Shown here piece by piece: positions 25,555 through 38,044 of a stretch of DNA of 64,000 nucleotides (within the stretch, counting starts at the first letter, position 1; every line of letters begins with the position of its first letter). Below the pieces are notes generated by a model. That model ran no database searches and was not told the DNA's origin. It was given only the letters and a program-made list of their open reading frames with translations. The translations under genes and the position numbers were made by a program. The DNA is from Octopus sinensis (Eukaryota): assembly GCF_006345805.1 (NCBI RefSeq), contig NC_043016.1, forward strand, positions 25,606,001 to 25,670,000. Reading direction: 5' to 3'.

Positions 25555-25700
25555 ATATATTTGTATTTATGTGCTATCTGAGTATATTCCACTGATGAAG
25601 GCAGAGCATTTCTTATGCAGAGTCAGAAATCCAGGATCTGGAATTATCCAGTAATGTTTTGGCTAGTTTATTTTGTCTTTGTCTTCTCTCCTGGTGCTGT
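25555..25700 (+). mobile_element. Penelope-like LTR relic with hammerhead fold
   Basis: ATTCCA-CTGATGA-stem-GAAA-TCCAGGA-TC-TGGAAT. Confidence 0.6.
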
Positions 25701-26254
25701 ATGAATATTTAATGTGGTTTTAGAGTCAAGTTTTGGCTGCTATTTCCTGCGTGTTGGTATCTCTTAGATACTCTAAATTATAATTCTAATAATATATATA
25801 TTGCCAGATCAGACTGGGCCTGGTGCAGCCTTCTGACTTCCCAGACCTCAGTTGAACCGTCCAACCCATGCCAGAATGGAAAGCGGACGCTAAACGGTGA
25901 TGATGATGATATAATATGCAGAGACACACACACACAGTATACTGAAGCCTGATGCCAAAGTGGCACCAATATCCTGTCCAAGCACATGTACCTAAGAATA
26001 AAGAAAATAGCTGGTGTTGCTTTCACAGCATTAACACCACATAACCTAAGCTGGCCAATAAAGGCATAACATCTAAGAAGCCATCTTGAATTTATCTTAA
26101 ATCTTTCACTCTTCTCCTAATATCTAATGAGATGGGCCTGTCTTGCATGCCCATGACATTTTAAGTCATATGGAGCTAAGTGGATAGGATGTGGGCTCAC
26201 AATCATAAGATTGTGGTTTCAATTCCTGGATCCAGCAGTACATTGGTCATTAAT

Positions 26255-26588
26255 GAAATTAATTGCATCTAGAATTGCATGGAATTGCACCTGGAAAGTT
26301 CCCTTCTGAGGCACAAGTCTGGGCAAGGCTGGTTATGGAAGACCAGCAGTCACCATACATACATACTAACCTCCCTTCTTCACACCACCAATGTTATCCA
26401 AGGGAAAGGCAAAGGCCGATACGACTTGGCACTAGTGACATCACAACTCATTTCTACAGATGTGTGAACTGGAGCAATGTGAAATAAAGTGTCTTGCTCA
26501 AGGACACAACACATAACCTGGTCTGAGAATCGAACTCACTATTTCATGATTGTGAGTCTGACACTCTAACAACTGAACCATGCACTTT
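26255..26588 (-). mobile_element. SINE-D (tRNA head at right end)
   Basis: Reverse complement GTGCATGGTTCAGTTGTTAG...GTTCGATTCTC; second copy at 33110-33455. Confidence 0.75.
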
Positions 26589-27002
26589 TACTAGATATTT
26601 GTGTGTAATATATATGTAGTAGTTGTCAACTGTTCTTTCTTTTTAATATAAAATGTAAAGTCCACTTCTCCTCTTTCCCTTCAATAATCAAGTGATCTTT
26701 GAAAGAATACTTTATCATAGGAAGATGAGTGCTTACATAGAATAATGGTTGGAATGGTGTTTGGTTGTCAGATTGTCAGCAAGTGAATAAAGCTTGCCAT
26801 TAAGTTTTAATTAAAACCACTTTTCAATAAATGTGTGTATCTATGCATGATTGTTAGATAATTTGTCCATTCATAGTGGTGGCACATTTTTTTTTGAATA
26901 TCAAAGTGGAATGAGGGACAAAAATGGTTTGAGAAACACAAGTCTATATCTGTCTGTCTGTCTCTCTGTATTCATCTATCTATCTATTTGTATAGTGGTA
27001 TG

Positions 27003-27048
<46 letters not shown>

Positions 27049-27258
27049 TCTCATTGCTCTTGGGAATCCTGATAGATGGTGATGCTGAACAGTTAGGGTG
27101 TTTTCACACCTTTTTACCACAAGAGAAAAATTTCCTCTACAGTAACTGCAGTGAATTTGTTTTCTAGCTGTTGAAATATTTTAACTAACCTAAACTTCGC
27201 TTATGCCTAAACACTGCTTGGCACTAATATGAATATATATATATATATATATATATAT

Positions 27259-27468
27259 TATGGCTGCCCCCTCATTATCGAGTATGGCCATTGCACGAAG
27301 CTTAACTGTTACTGGTGCTGTGATCGAATGTGACTTTTTAGCCCAGCCAAAGATCTACAATGTCTTGTACAGAATTGGCAACTAAAACCTTTACTGGTAG
27401 TAGCCGGCTGTAGTTGTAACTGGGCTTCATGTACCTTTGCATGTCGTTTAAGTCCTCCTGCCGAATTA
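27259..27468 (-). mobile_element. RTE-clade LINE extreme 3' end with C-terminal zinc knuckle
   Basis: CQFCTRHCRSLAGLKSHIRSQH*, then a short 3' UTR ending ...ATACTCGATAATGAGGGGGCAGCCAT into (TA)n. Confidence 0.65.
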
Positions 27469-27499
27469 CATATATATATATGAATGAATATATACATTC

Positions 27500-27650
27500 A
27501 CAAGTAAGCACAAAGATGCAAAACAAGGTGAGAAAAATAGTACTCGAATACCAGAGGTAGAGTAATGCACTATTTATTAAAGCTGCAAAAAAATCTTCAC
27601 AAACTGTTGCTCAGAGTTTCATGTGACCATTCATCAAACAGTTATAAATA
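27500..27650 (-). mobile_element. Penelope-like LTR relic with degenerate hammerhead
   Basis: AACTGT-tTGATGA-ATGgtcaCAT-GAAA-CTCtGAG-ca-ACAGTT, then AATAAA downstream on minus. Confidence 0.6.
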
Positions 27651-29544
27651 GTATGTGTATATATATATACACACACTCACATGCACACACACTCATATAT
27701 AGATATCTGACTGTCTTATTATCTACCTATCTGGTTGTAGTAACTCTGTCAAACCAACTTCATACTCATGTTTTACTTGGAGACCAATAGCATTCTCCTT
27801 CTCTCTTCTCCCCCTTTCTCTTTCCTTCCACTTTTTTTCCTTTCCATTTCTCTCTTTCTCTTTCTTTCCTTCATTTCATTATTCCTTTTCTCTCCTTCTT
27901 TCATGCTTATCTTTTCCCCTTATCTTCTCTTCTACTGAATAGAGATTGTTAAAACCCAAAACAAAACAGATCTGCCCCCATCCTCCTCTCTTCCCCATCT
28001 CCACCCCCATTGAATGGCGTGACATGAAAGATTACAACATCTATCGTTTGAAGGCCGTTTTTTTAATTTTATTTATTTCCTTTTTAGTTTTTATTTATTT
28101 TTTTCCTGCTAAAGCAAGGTTCATCATTTTCAATCTTGTTACCCACCTCCCTACCACATCAGTATTAATCATAACTTATCATGGGTCTCCTGTTTTTTTT
28201 TTGTTTTTTTTGAGGACAGTGCTTTATGGTCAAATGCTGTTCTTCATGTCAACTTTTTCTTCACCTCTTATACAACACACAAGGGTTACGGTGCACCTTA
28301 TTCTAAAACTGGGTTACACACAACATTAACATGAAGGATTATGACAAAAAGGGAAGGTGGGTGTTGTTTTGTACATTTAAATTCTAATGACCTAAATCAC
28401 CATCATCATCATCATCATCATCATCATTTCTACTTTAGGCACAAGGCCAGCAGATTTAATGTAAACAGGTTAGTCACTACCAATGACCCACCCCACCATA
28501 CTTGGCTGGTATGTCATTTCATTAACCCTGATGGGGGTTGGGGTGAAAGGCAATGTTGACCCTGGTGGGATTTGAATTTATGATGTAAAGAGCTGGAAAT
28601 AAGGAAATAAATACCACAAGGCATTTTGTGTGATTTTGGCAGGCTCTGACAATTCTGCCTTGATTGTCACTGTCACCACCACCACCGCCACCACCATCAT
28701 TACTGTCCTTGTCATGACCGCCACCAATATCAACACCAACTGCACCATCATCAGTTGCCACCACCACCACCACCATCATCACTCATCATTCATTATTGTT
28801 GTTCTTGTTAGTATTTTTTCACTTAAATATTATTACCTATATCACTAGTATATTCTCTCTCCATATATATATGTAATAATATGGAAACACGAGTTAAAAC
28901 AAAGAGAAATAGATCCTTAAGGCCTGTTATTGTACTGAAGGTTTAAAACACTTACAGATTCAACTGCTACTGGTTACAAATAAGTATTGCGACACTTTGC
29001 TACTGTTACTCTATATTCATAATCAGCTTATATACACAGGTATATGTGGGATTTTCATCAGTTTGCATTGAGATGTTGACTTTTGAGTAACAAACATGTC
29101 AACTGCCTTACACTCATGTAGGCTATTTGACCTGGCACAACTCCTATTATATAGTATAGTAAAGACAACAGGGTATCGCCGTTAGTAAGAGAGATTGGGA
29201 AGGTAGAAGAGGAGGGTGGAATGTAACTGAATAAATTAAGTGAAGTTTAGAGATTTCTTAATTTAATTTATTCAGTTACAGTATTTCACCCTCCTCCTTT
29301 ACCCTCTTAACCTCTCCTACTAACTGCATTACCCTGCTGTCTTACTATATACTATACCATAACCATGTTGCCTGCCTGAGATACACCAGCACATTAACCT
29401 ATATTATATATGTACACATGAAGGATATGTGATCTGGCACAGCACACACTGCACAATAGACTTATAATAATCATGTTTCAGTTCTTTTTTCTTTTTTCTG
29501 CTGACACAACGTACATTGTTTCACCCTATCGCCATACACCTTAT

Positions 29545-30055
29545 CACTCATATTACACGCTTGACTTGTCACTCACATTACACTCTTGATCTATCCACCA
29601 CACACACATACACACATTACTGTGAGACTTACTTCACCAATCGTGTCACATTCAAGCTTATATCCCACTGCTCATACTACACATTTCATCCACATCCCAC
29701 ATTATGCACTTGACCCATGTCCCACATTACATACTTGACCTACCTCCCACATTACAACTTAACCTACCTCCCACATTACACGCTTGACTTACCTCCCACA
29801 TTACACACTTGACCCACATCCTATATGCACTTGACCCATGCCCCACATTACACACTTGACCTACCCTACTACATTACACACTTTACCTACCTCTCACATT
29901 ATACACTTGACCCACTTTTTACATTACACACTCGACTCATGCCCCACATTACATTCTTGATCTGCACCCCACATTAATCACAGCCCATGCCCCACATTAC
30001 ACACTTAATCCACCTCTTACCTCCCACATCACTCACTTGACCTGCTCATTACATG
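29545..30055. repeat. About 25-bp minisatellite (CCCACATTACACACTTGACCTACCT), roughly 20 degenerate units
   Basis: ACATTACAC and CTTGACC recur at about 24-25 bp spacing. Confidence 0.85.
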
Positions 30056-30119
30056 CCTGAATTTTGAGAAATAAGAATATGTTTATTGAAATATCAAATT
30101 TACTATGTATTATAGCCAC

Positions 30120-30541
30120 TAGCATGAATGTAAAGCTCAGTTCAGTTTGCAACCAAGTGGCTTCAGGTTTAGTCTTACTGCTGGGTGGGTATCTTCTGCT
30201 ATAGTCACAGACTGACCAAAACCTTCCAGTTGGATTTGGTTGATAGAAACTTGTTTTGTGTGTGTGTTGCTTTACATCTGCTGCTTGTTTTTATGAATGT
30301 CACAATGTTCACAAGAATAGAACTCTTGTCAATAAATCACCCACTTGCTTCATACCATCAATGTAAAATAGAAGAGGGTTAGTGACAGGAAAGGCGTCAT
30401 CCTATCATCAGACAATGCCTCAATGTATTTGTCTTTTTAAGTCTGGTGCTTATTCTATTTGTCTCTTTTGCCAAACTTCTAAGTCCTGAAGCAGTGGCAG
30501 TGGAGAACAAACAGACACACACATATAGATGTATGTATGTA

Positions 30542-30572
<31 letters not shown>

Positions 30573-31225
30573 GACTGGCTTCCACACAGTATGTCTACCA
30601 AATTCATTCACAAGCTATTGATTGGCCCAGAGCTATAATAGAAACACTTGCCCAAGGTGATGGGCAGTGCAATTGAACCCAAAACCATGTGTTTGCAAAG
30701 CCAACTCCTTAACCACATGACTACTGAGCCTAAAAAAGAAATATGCTTTTTTTTTCTTTCACAACTTTACTGCTGGGCTGCAAATCTTCAATGTCAATTA
30801 TATTCATTTAAATTTTGCAATAATGTAGAGTTACCATTGATACTTTTTTTTACATAGTCTGTAAATGGCTTTAATTGCTGCTTTCTAAGTTTTTTTCCCC
30901 TATTCTGAGTTCAAATCCTTTGCTTTTCATTCTTTCCAGGGAGGTGGGGGGGTATCAATAAATAAAGTACCAGTCATGTACTGGGTTTGATGTCATTGAT
31001 ATACTTGCCATATCCTCCTCCAAAACCCATCCCACAAAAAAAAGTTGCTGTCCTTGAACCTAAATTAGAAACAGCACTGGCTGGGTAGTAAGAAGTTTCT
31101 TTCCCAACCACATGATTCCATGTTCAATCTCATGGCATAGCACCTTGGGCAGGTGTCCTCTACTCTAGTCTTGAGCTAGTCTTGTGAGTGCATTTGCTAA
31201 ACGGAAACTGAAAGAAGCCCATCAC

Positions 31226-31276
<51 letters not shown>

Positions 31277-31920
31277 TACACATATATACACACATATATA
31301 TATACACACATACACATACATACATATATATCTGTGTATGTGTGTCTTTGTGTCTTCTCATTTTCACTTGACAACTGATATTGGTGTGTTTACTTCCCCC
31401 TAACGTAGCAGTTCGGCAAAAGTGACCAATATAATAAGCCCTGAGGTCTGTTCGACTGAAAGCCTTGAAGGTGTGCTCTAGCATGGCAACAGTCAAAAGT
31501 CTGAAACTGGAAAATAGTAAAAGAGTTCTTTTATTATTTTCCTAATTGTTTGAGTCGATGGATTCTGGCCATGCTGGAGCATATCCTGAAAGGTTAGATA
31601 AACAAATCAGCCTCAGCACAAAGTCTTGCATTTATTGTATTAATTCTGCTTTTGTTGTTATGGGGACATAAACAAACCAATACAGAATGTCAAATGGTGA
31701 GAAACATATATACAACACACACACATAACAGGCTTCCTTATAGTTTCCATCTACCAGCTTCTGCAAGGCATTGGTTATCACTTGTCCAATGTACCATACA
31801 ACACACACACACACATAACAGGCTTCCTTATAGTTTCCATCTACCAGCTTCTGCAAGGTATTGGTTATCACTTGTCCAATGTACCACGAAGATAGACTTA
31901 ACCTGAAACCACACAGCCAT
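30120..31920. mobile_element. Alternating-orientation SINE-A/SINE-B cluster with an internal 90-bp tandem duplication
   Basis: +30120-30390, -30400-30720, SINE-B 30850-31070, +31075-31530, -31540-31920; GGCTTCCTTA at 31731 and 31821. Confidence 0.75.
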
Positions 31921-32405
31921 GCTTGCATCCACCTGAATTAAAGAAGAAGAAAGGAAAAAAATGTTAAGCCTGATTACATACACCACCCATCGTCCTGCGA
32001 TATGATATGTGCTGAAGAACACTCCTATTTGAATAAGCAAAATATTAGCACAGCTATAATAAATAAACAAACAACATTATAGATCAATGCTGTATCTGCT
32101 AAGCTGTGTATGGAAATGCGTAGTTTGTCCTTTCACGCTACAAGGTTATAGTTATGGTGTGCAATTTATTCTCATTCGTTCATACATTGACACTTATGTT
32201 GGCTAGTCATAATCAGTTAATAAATACTTGGGCTGAGCTGCAAATTACACAGTAGCATTTTCATACACTTGCATGCACACACGTATAAAGGCTTGTATGC
32301 ATGCACATAGAGAGGCTCATGTGTATGCACACATGCACATACACACCTACACTCAGAACATGACTGATACAGTTGAATACACACCATGGTGTATCATTCA
32401 TGTCA

Positions 32406-33015
32406 TTAACCCTCTGTTAACAATATATCTGTTGAAATACGCTGCCTTTTCAATAAATTTTGAAAATAATGATGAATTCAGTAAAATAACTTTCTTGTTA
32501 TTAAGCTGGTATTTAGAACTTGAGTGGAGGCGCAATGGCCCAGTGGTTAGGGCAGCGGACTTGCGGTTTCGATTCCCAGACCGGGCGTTGTGAGTGTTTA
32601 TTGAGCGAAAGCACCTAGAGCTCCACGGGTCTCCGGCAGGGATGGTGGTGGTCCCTGCTGTACTCTTTCACCACAACTTTCTCTCACTCTTACTTCCTGT
32701 TTCTGTTGTACCTGTATTTCAAAGGGCCGGCCTCGTCGCTCTCTGTGTCACGCTGAATATCCCCGAGAACTACGTTAAGGGTTCACGTGTCTGTGGAGTG
32801 CTCAGCTACTTACACGTTAATTTCACGAGCAGGCTGTTCTGTTGATCGGATCAACCGGAACCCTCGTCGTTGTAACCGACGGAGTGCTTCCACATTTAGA
32901 ACTTATATTAACATGAAATTTTGATGGAAGGTTTTAATTTAAATTGCTTTAAAAAATAAGTTTGTATCACAGAACCAATGGTGGTCTCGGGCAGGTTACA
33001 TTTGAAAGGTTTGAA
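32406..33015 (+). mobile_element. MITE1 interrupted by SINE-E
   Basis: TTAACCCT start; the MITE1 sequence resumes exactly after the SINE TSD. Confidence 0.8.
32522..32893 (+). mobile_element. SINE-E, young tRNA-derived SINE with 11-bp TSD
   Basis: A box TGGCCCAGTGG, B box GTTTCGATTCC; TSD ATTTAGAACTT at 32511-32521 and 32894-32904; decayed relative at 51690-51960. Confidence 0.88.
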
Positions 33016-35234
33016 AACAAAAAACAAATTTTTTTTTTGGTCCTTTCTAAAATTGATTGTGAGCCCTCCTGTTAATTTTGACATTCTGTCAAACTAAATT
33101 ATTTTCTCTCTGGATTAGCATATGAAATGGTTGAGTATTCCACAGACATCTATAAAGAACCCCTTCAGTCATTAATGACCATGGGATTGCACCTAAAAAG
33201 TTCCCTTCCAAGGCACAAGTCTGTGCAAGGTTGTTTATGGAAGACCAGCAGTCTCCCATGCATACCAAACTCCTGAAAGGCAAAGGCCAATACAGCTTGG
33301 CACCAGTGATGTTGCAACTCGTTTCTACAGCTGAATGAACTGGAGCAACGTGAAATAAAGTGCCTTGCTCAAGAACACAACATACAACCCAATCCAGGAA
33401 TTGAACTCACTACCTTATGATTGTGAGCTTGACACTCTCACCACTGAGCCTTCAACTACAGACATCTGTATCTCAGGTGTGGAGGTGCATGGCTTAGTGG
33501 TTAGTGTGTTGGATTCATGATCATACGATTGTGGTTTCGATTCCAGGACCGAGCATAGCGTAGTGTTCCTTAAAGTCTTCATTTCATGTTTCTTAAATTC
33601 ACTCATCTGGCAAAATTGGGTAATCTTGTGATAGACTGGCATCCTGTTCAGAAGCCGGGAAACTGGCCTTATGAACCTAATGACTCAGGGAAGAAGCTTT
33701 ATCCTTTAATTCTCAGAACTAGTGTGTGTGTGACAAAACTCAACTTCTGTCTGAGTTAGACGTACAACCCATCCAAAAGACTTTTATATATTTTCTATCC
33801 ATCCAGATTCACCCACAATGCTTGGATATTAAACCGAGGCAAAGAACTCAAGCAAAATGCCATGTTGAGGGATTGAGACCAAAGCTATCTCATGGTTGCA
33901 ATATATATATATATATATAAATATATATATAGTATGTATGTATGTATGTATATTTGTTGAGCCCTTGTGGGACAATAAAAGAAATCGTTTTCTTTTATTA
34001 GTCTTTATGAAATGAAGACCCATGAAGTGGGTAAACAAGTCCTTGTCGCTTTACAGAGTACCCGGCACCTATCAGTTGTGATCTTGTCGAGGACCCTCTC
34101 CCTCCCACCACTCCTAGAACAGGCGACATTATTGTTTAGAAATTGCAAATATAAAATAAATTAAAATACATAAATAAATAATTAAATGTTAACAGAAATA
34201 CTATAATATTTGTGATTAGCTGTAACTTCCTTTTGGCCTTATTTTCTTTACTTAAAAAAAAAAAAAATTGTGTTATTTACAATATTCTCATGAAATTAAT
34301 ATGTAGTTACGTAATATGAACCATCCACGCACACGCACACCTACATACACTTGTGTACAATACATGCACACATACAAACAGACATGCATGCATGTACACA
34401 TACATAAAATTCTCCTTCAGTTAAGTACTCTGGATTAATTTGTCCGAGAAAGAAATAATTTCCTTGAAAAATATTCGTTAGGACTCTAATTTTATACCCC
34501 ACCTACCATCGAAACCATTTAACCAGTCACACTCAATTACATTTTTACTGTGAAAATGTATTTTCTTTCTCTACTCTACCTCACCCTCTTGCCTCCTCCT
34601 CCTCTTCCCTTTCTTCATCTTTATCTTTCTCTCCCCCTTCTCTCTCTTTCTCTACCTTTACATTCTCTACCTCCTACTGTCATCTCTCTCTTATTGTTTA
34701 TGTGGGTGTGTATATGCTTTTTTTTTTTTTTCCTTCCTGTCTTATTGCTATTAAATGTTAAAACTTGTTATCCTAACATATTGATGGAAGCTGCAGTATT
34801 GGTAGGCAGTAGAGACAAAAATACTACTACTTCTTTTTTTTCTTTTTTTTTTTTTTTCTTCCAGTCCAGCCCCATCTACATTCTGTGTTCAAGTCATGCT
34901 TAAATTAGCTTTGTAACTTTGTCTAATTGATTCAATCAATGGACAGATATGTTCCAACATTCAAAATTAATTTTTTTTATGTGGTTAAGAAGCTTGCCTC
35001 CAAATCATGTGGTTCTGGGTTATTCCTACTGCAAAGCACCGTGGACAAAATGGTCTTCTACTAGAGCCTCAGTCCAACCAAAGCCTTATGAATGGAATAG
35101 GTAGATGGAAACTGAAAATGGGCCATTGTGTGCATGTGTATTTGTGTGTGTGTGTGTCTTTGTTTTGACATTGCATCATTGCTGTAAACAGATGTCACTG
35201 TCATACAAGCAGTATCATTTGTTACCTATAGGTC

Positions 35235-35415
35235 TAGGAGTGGCTGTGTGGTAAGTAGCTTGCTTGCGAACCACATGGTTCTGGGTTCAGTCCCACTGCA
35301 TGGCACCTTGGGCAAGTGTCTTTTACTATAGCCTTGGGCCGACCAAAGCCTTGTGAGTGGATTTGGTAGACAGAAACTGAAAGAAGCCTGTCGTATATAT
35401 ATGTGTGTGTGTATT

Positions 35416-35453
<38 letters not shown>

Positions 35454-36170
35454 TATATATATAATATATATATATATATATCATCATCATCATCATCATC
35501 ATCGTTTAACGTCCGTTTTCCGCGCTAGCACGGGTTGGACGGTTCGACCGGGGTCTGGGAAGCCAGGGGCTGCTCCAGGCTCCAGTCTGATCTGGCAGAG
35601 TTTCTATGGCTGGATGCCCTTCCTAACGCCAACCACTCCGCGAGTGTAGTGGGTACGTTTTACGTGCCACCTGCACAGGTGCCAGGAGGGGTCCGGCATC
35701 GGTCACGATCGGTTGGAGCTTTTAACGTGCCAGCGGCACGGAAGCCAGCCAAGGCGGCACTGGCAACGTTCGGATGGTCTTTTTATGTACCACCGGCACA
35801 GGAGCCAGTCGGGACGGCGCTGGCAGCAGCCACGTTCGTATGGTGCTTTTTATGTCCCACCGGCACAGAAGCCAGTCGGGGCGGTGCTGGCATCGGCCAC
35901 GTTCGGATAGTGCTTTTTATGTGCCACCGGCACAGGCATCACAACTACTATTTCCATATATATATTTGTGTGTCTGCGTTTGTCCCCCCAACATCGCTTG
36001 GCAACAGATGCTGGTGTGTTTACGTCTCCGTAACTTAGCGGTTCAGCAAAGGGGACCGATAGAATAAGTACTAGGCTTACAAAAAATAAGTCCCGGGGTC
36101 GATTTGCTTCACTAAAGGCAGTGCTCCAGCATGGCCACAGTCAAATGACTGAAACAAGTAAAAGAATAAA
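35235..36170 (+). mobile_element. SINE-A with an RTE 3' UTR (minus, 35482-35942) inserted in its central (TA)n
   Basis: Head 35235-35400, tail 35960-36170; the insert starts with (TCA)n. Confidence 0.85.
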
Positions 36171-36174
36171 TGAG

Positions 36175-36342
36175 TATCCTCTGTGAAAACCTGTCTGGCC
36201 ATGAGAAATATTATCTTGCTTGGAAACAAGTGAGAGTTAGCAACATAAAAGGCATCTGGCCGTAGACACTCTGCTTCAGCAAAATTCCTTCTGGCCCTTT
36301 CAAGCATGCAGAAGCTGACATTGATAATGATGACGATGATGT
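36175..36342 (+). mobile_element. SINE-F / short retroposon ending in (GAT)n
   Basis: CTTGGAAACAGGTGAGGGTTGG..GGCATC..GCATGGAAAA..GATGAT; copies at 36683-36895, 40370-40495 and 46685-46865. Confidence 0.7.
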
Positions 36343-38044
36343 GAGTAAACAAGTCCTTGTCGCTTTACAGAGTACCAGACACCTACCAGTTGTGATCTCG
36401 TCAGTAACCCTCTCCCTCCCACCACTCCTAGAACAGGTGACATCATTGTTTAGAATTTGCAATATAAAACATATTAAAATACATAAATAAATAATTAAAT
36501 GTTAACTGAAATATTATAATATGATGATGATGATAAATGATGATGATGACGAGGGCATTGCCGCTGCCACATTTTGGAATAGTAGAGTCAGTAAAGCACC
36601 AAGAAAAATAAAATGTCTTGAGACAAATGATGATGATGATGACGACAACGATGACGACCATCATCATCATCATTATCATAGAAGTGATGTTTGTTTCCAG
36701 TCTCCTGTGAAAAACATGTCTAGGGAGAGGGGAAATGTTACTCTGCTTGGAAACAGGTAAGATGGGTTGGCGACAGGAAAAGCATCTGGCCTTAGATAAA
36801 ATGTGCCTCAGCAAATTCCATCTAAATTTTATTAACAACCACTTCTGAATGCAAGCATAGAAAAATGGACATGTAAATGATGAAGATGATGATGTCCAGG
36901 AAACTTCTTCACAGCACACAAGTGTGTTTACATCTTATTACAAAGAGCTTTGCAGAAGTATTCCTCGGTGTCAGAACAGAAACATGTAGAAGTAATTCTT
37001 TAATAAATCACATCCACCCTTCGTCTATATTTGATCACTGCAACTATTGATGACAGCAACAGCAACAACAGGCTATCCTGTGTTACCTTCACTTGCCACC
37101 AGGTGAATGATGTATATATCAATATGTGATAGCTGTAGGGCAAGAAAATAATAAAGGGAGAAAAAAGGACCTGATCATTTAGTCTTGGCTATTTTGTTAA
37201 GTCCCTCTCTCTCTCTCTCTCTCTCTCTCTCAATGCCTGCCCAGTCATGCTTAACCATTCCTAATCTACAAATCAGACTCAAGGAAATGAATGAGAAATG
37301 GTAACCTTGCAATATGTTGTAGATCAGTAAGTACCAAGGAGAGCCTGGTTGGTACCCAGCGGTAGCAATAATTATAATACACACATCATGTATACCATTC
37401 TTCCTTTCTCCTAACACCACTAACTCTGCTGCTGCTGCCACCACTACCACTACCACCACCACCACCATCATCTCTTGCCCTAGCCACCAACTACCCCATT
37501 AATGTTTCATTAAATTCTTATTTTCCAATTAAAATAGGTTTTTTTTTGTGTCCCAAATTAGTTTGAAGTCTTTAATAGTGTGGCAGAGGAAGACTAAATC
37601 TAATATCTCCCATTATTTAAACCCTACTTAAGTTCATTTACCCTACAGCCTACACTAACTTTAGCCTTCTACAACAACAACAACAACAACAACAACAACA
37701 GCAGTTCATGGTGATAGAGGTAGTGGTGGAGTAGTGGTGGTGGTGGTGGTGGCATTGGTGTAGATTTTTGAATTAATTTCCTGTTCTAGTCACCAGGAAA
37801 CACTAATATAATCACCATGTTGAAAGCTGAGCTTCACTTCAGATGTAAAGGAGACTCTAGTTAATAAAACATAGCAGAACACACCAGTTTAACCGTCTTA
37901 CGCATATGATACAATATAGTGCATGCATACATGTATGTGTAGTATGCACATGTATACATACACATATCTGTGCATATACACACAGTACAGCTGTCTGCTT
38001 TAACGATTAGATTGGAATCCATTATCAGTATATGGCGCACTAAC

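Noticed and set aside
27309-27497. ORF with a CxxC...HxxxxH zinc-finger-like motif, possibly a C2H2-ZNF gene
   Set aside because: Single finger, no TGEKP linkers, followed at once by an RTE-type 3' UTR and (TA)n; it is a LINE terminus.
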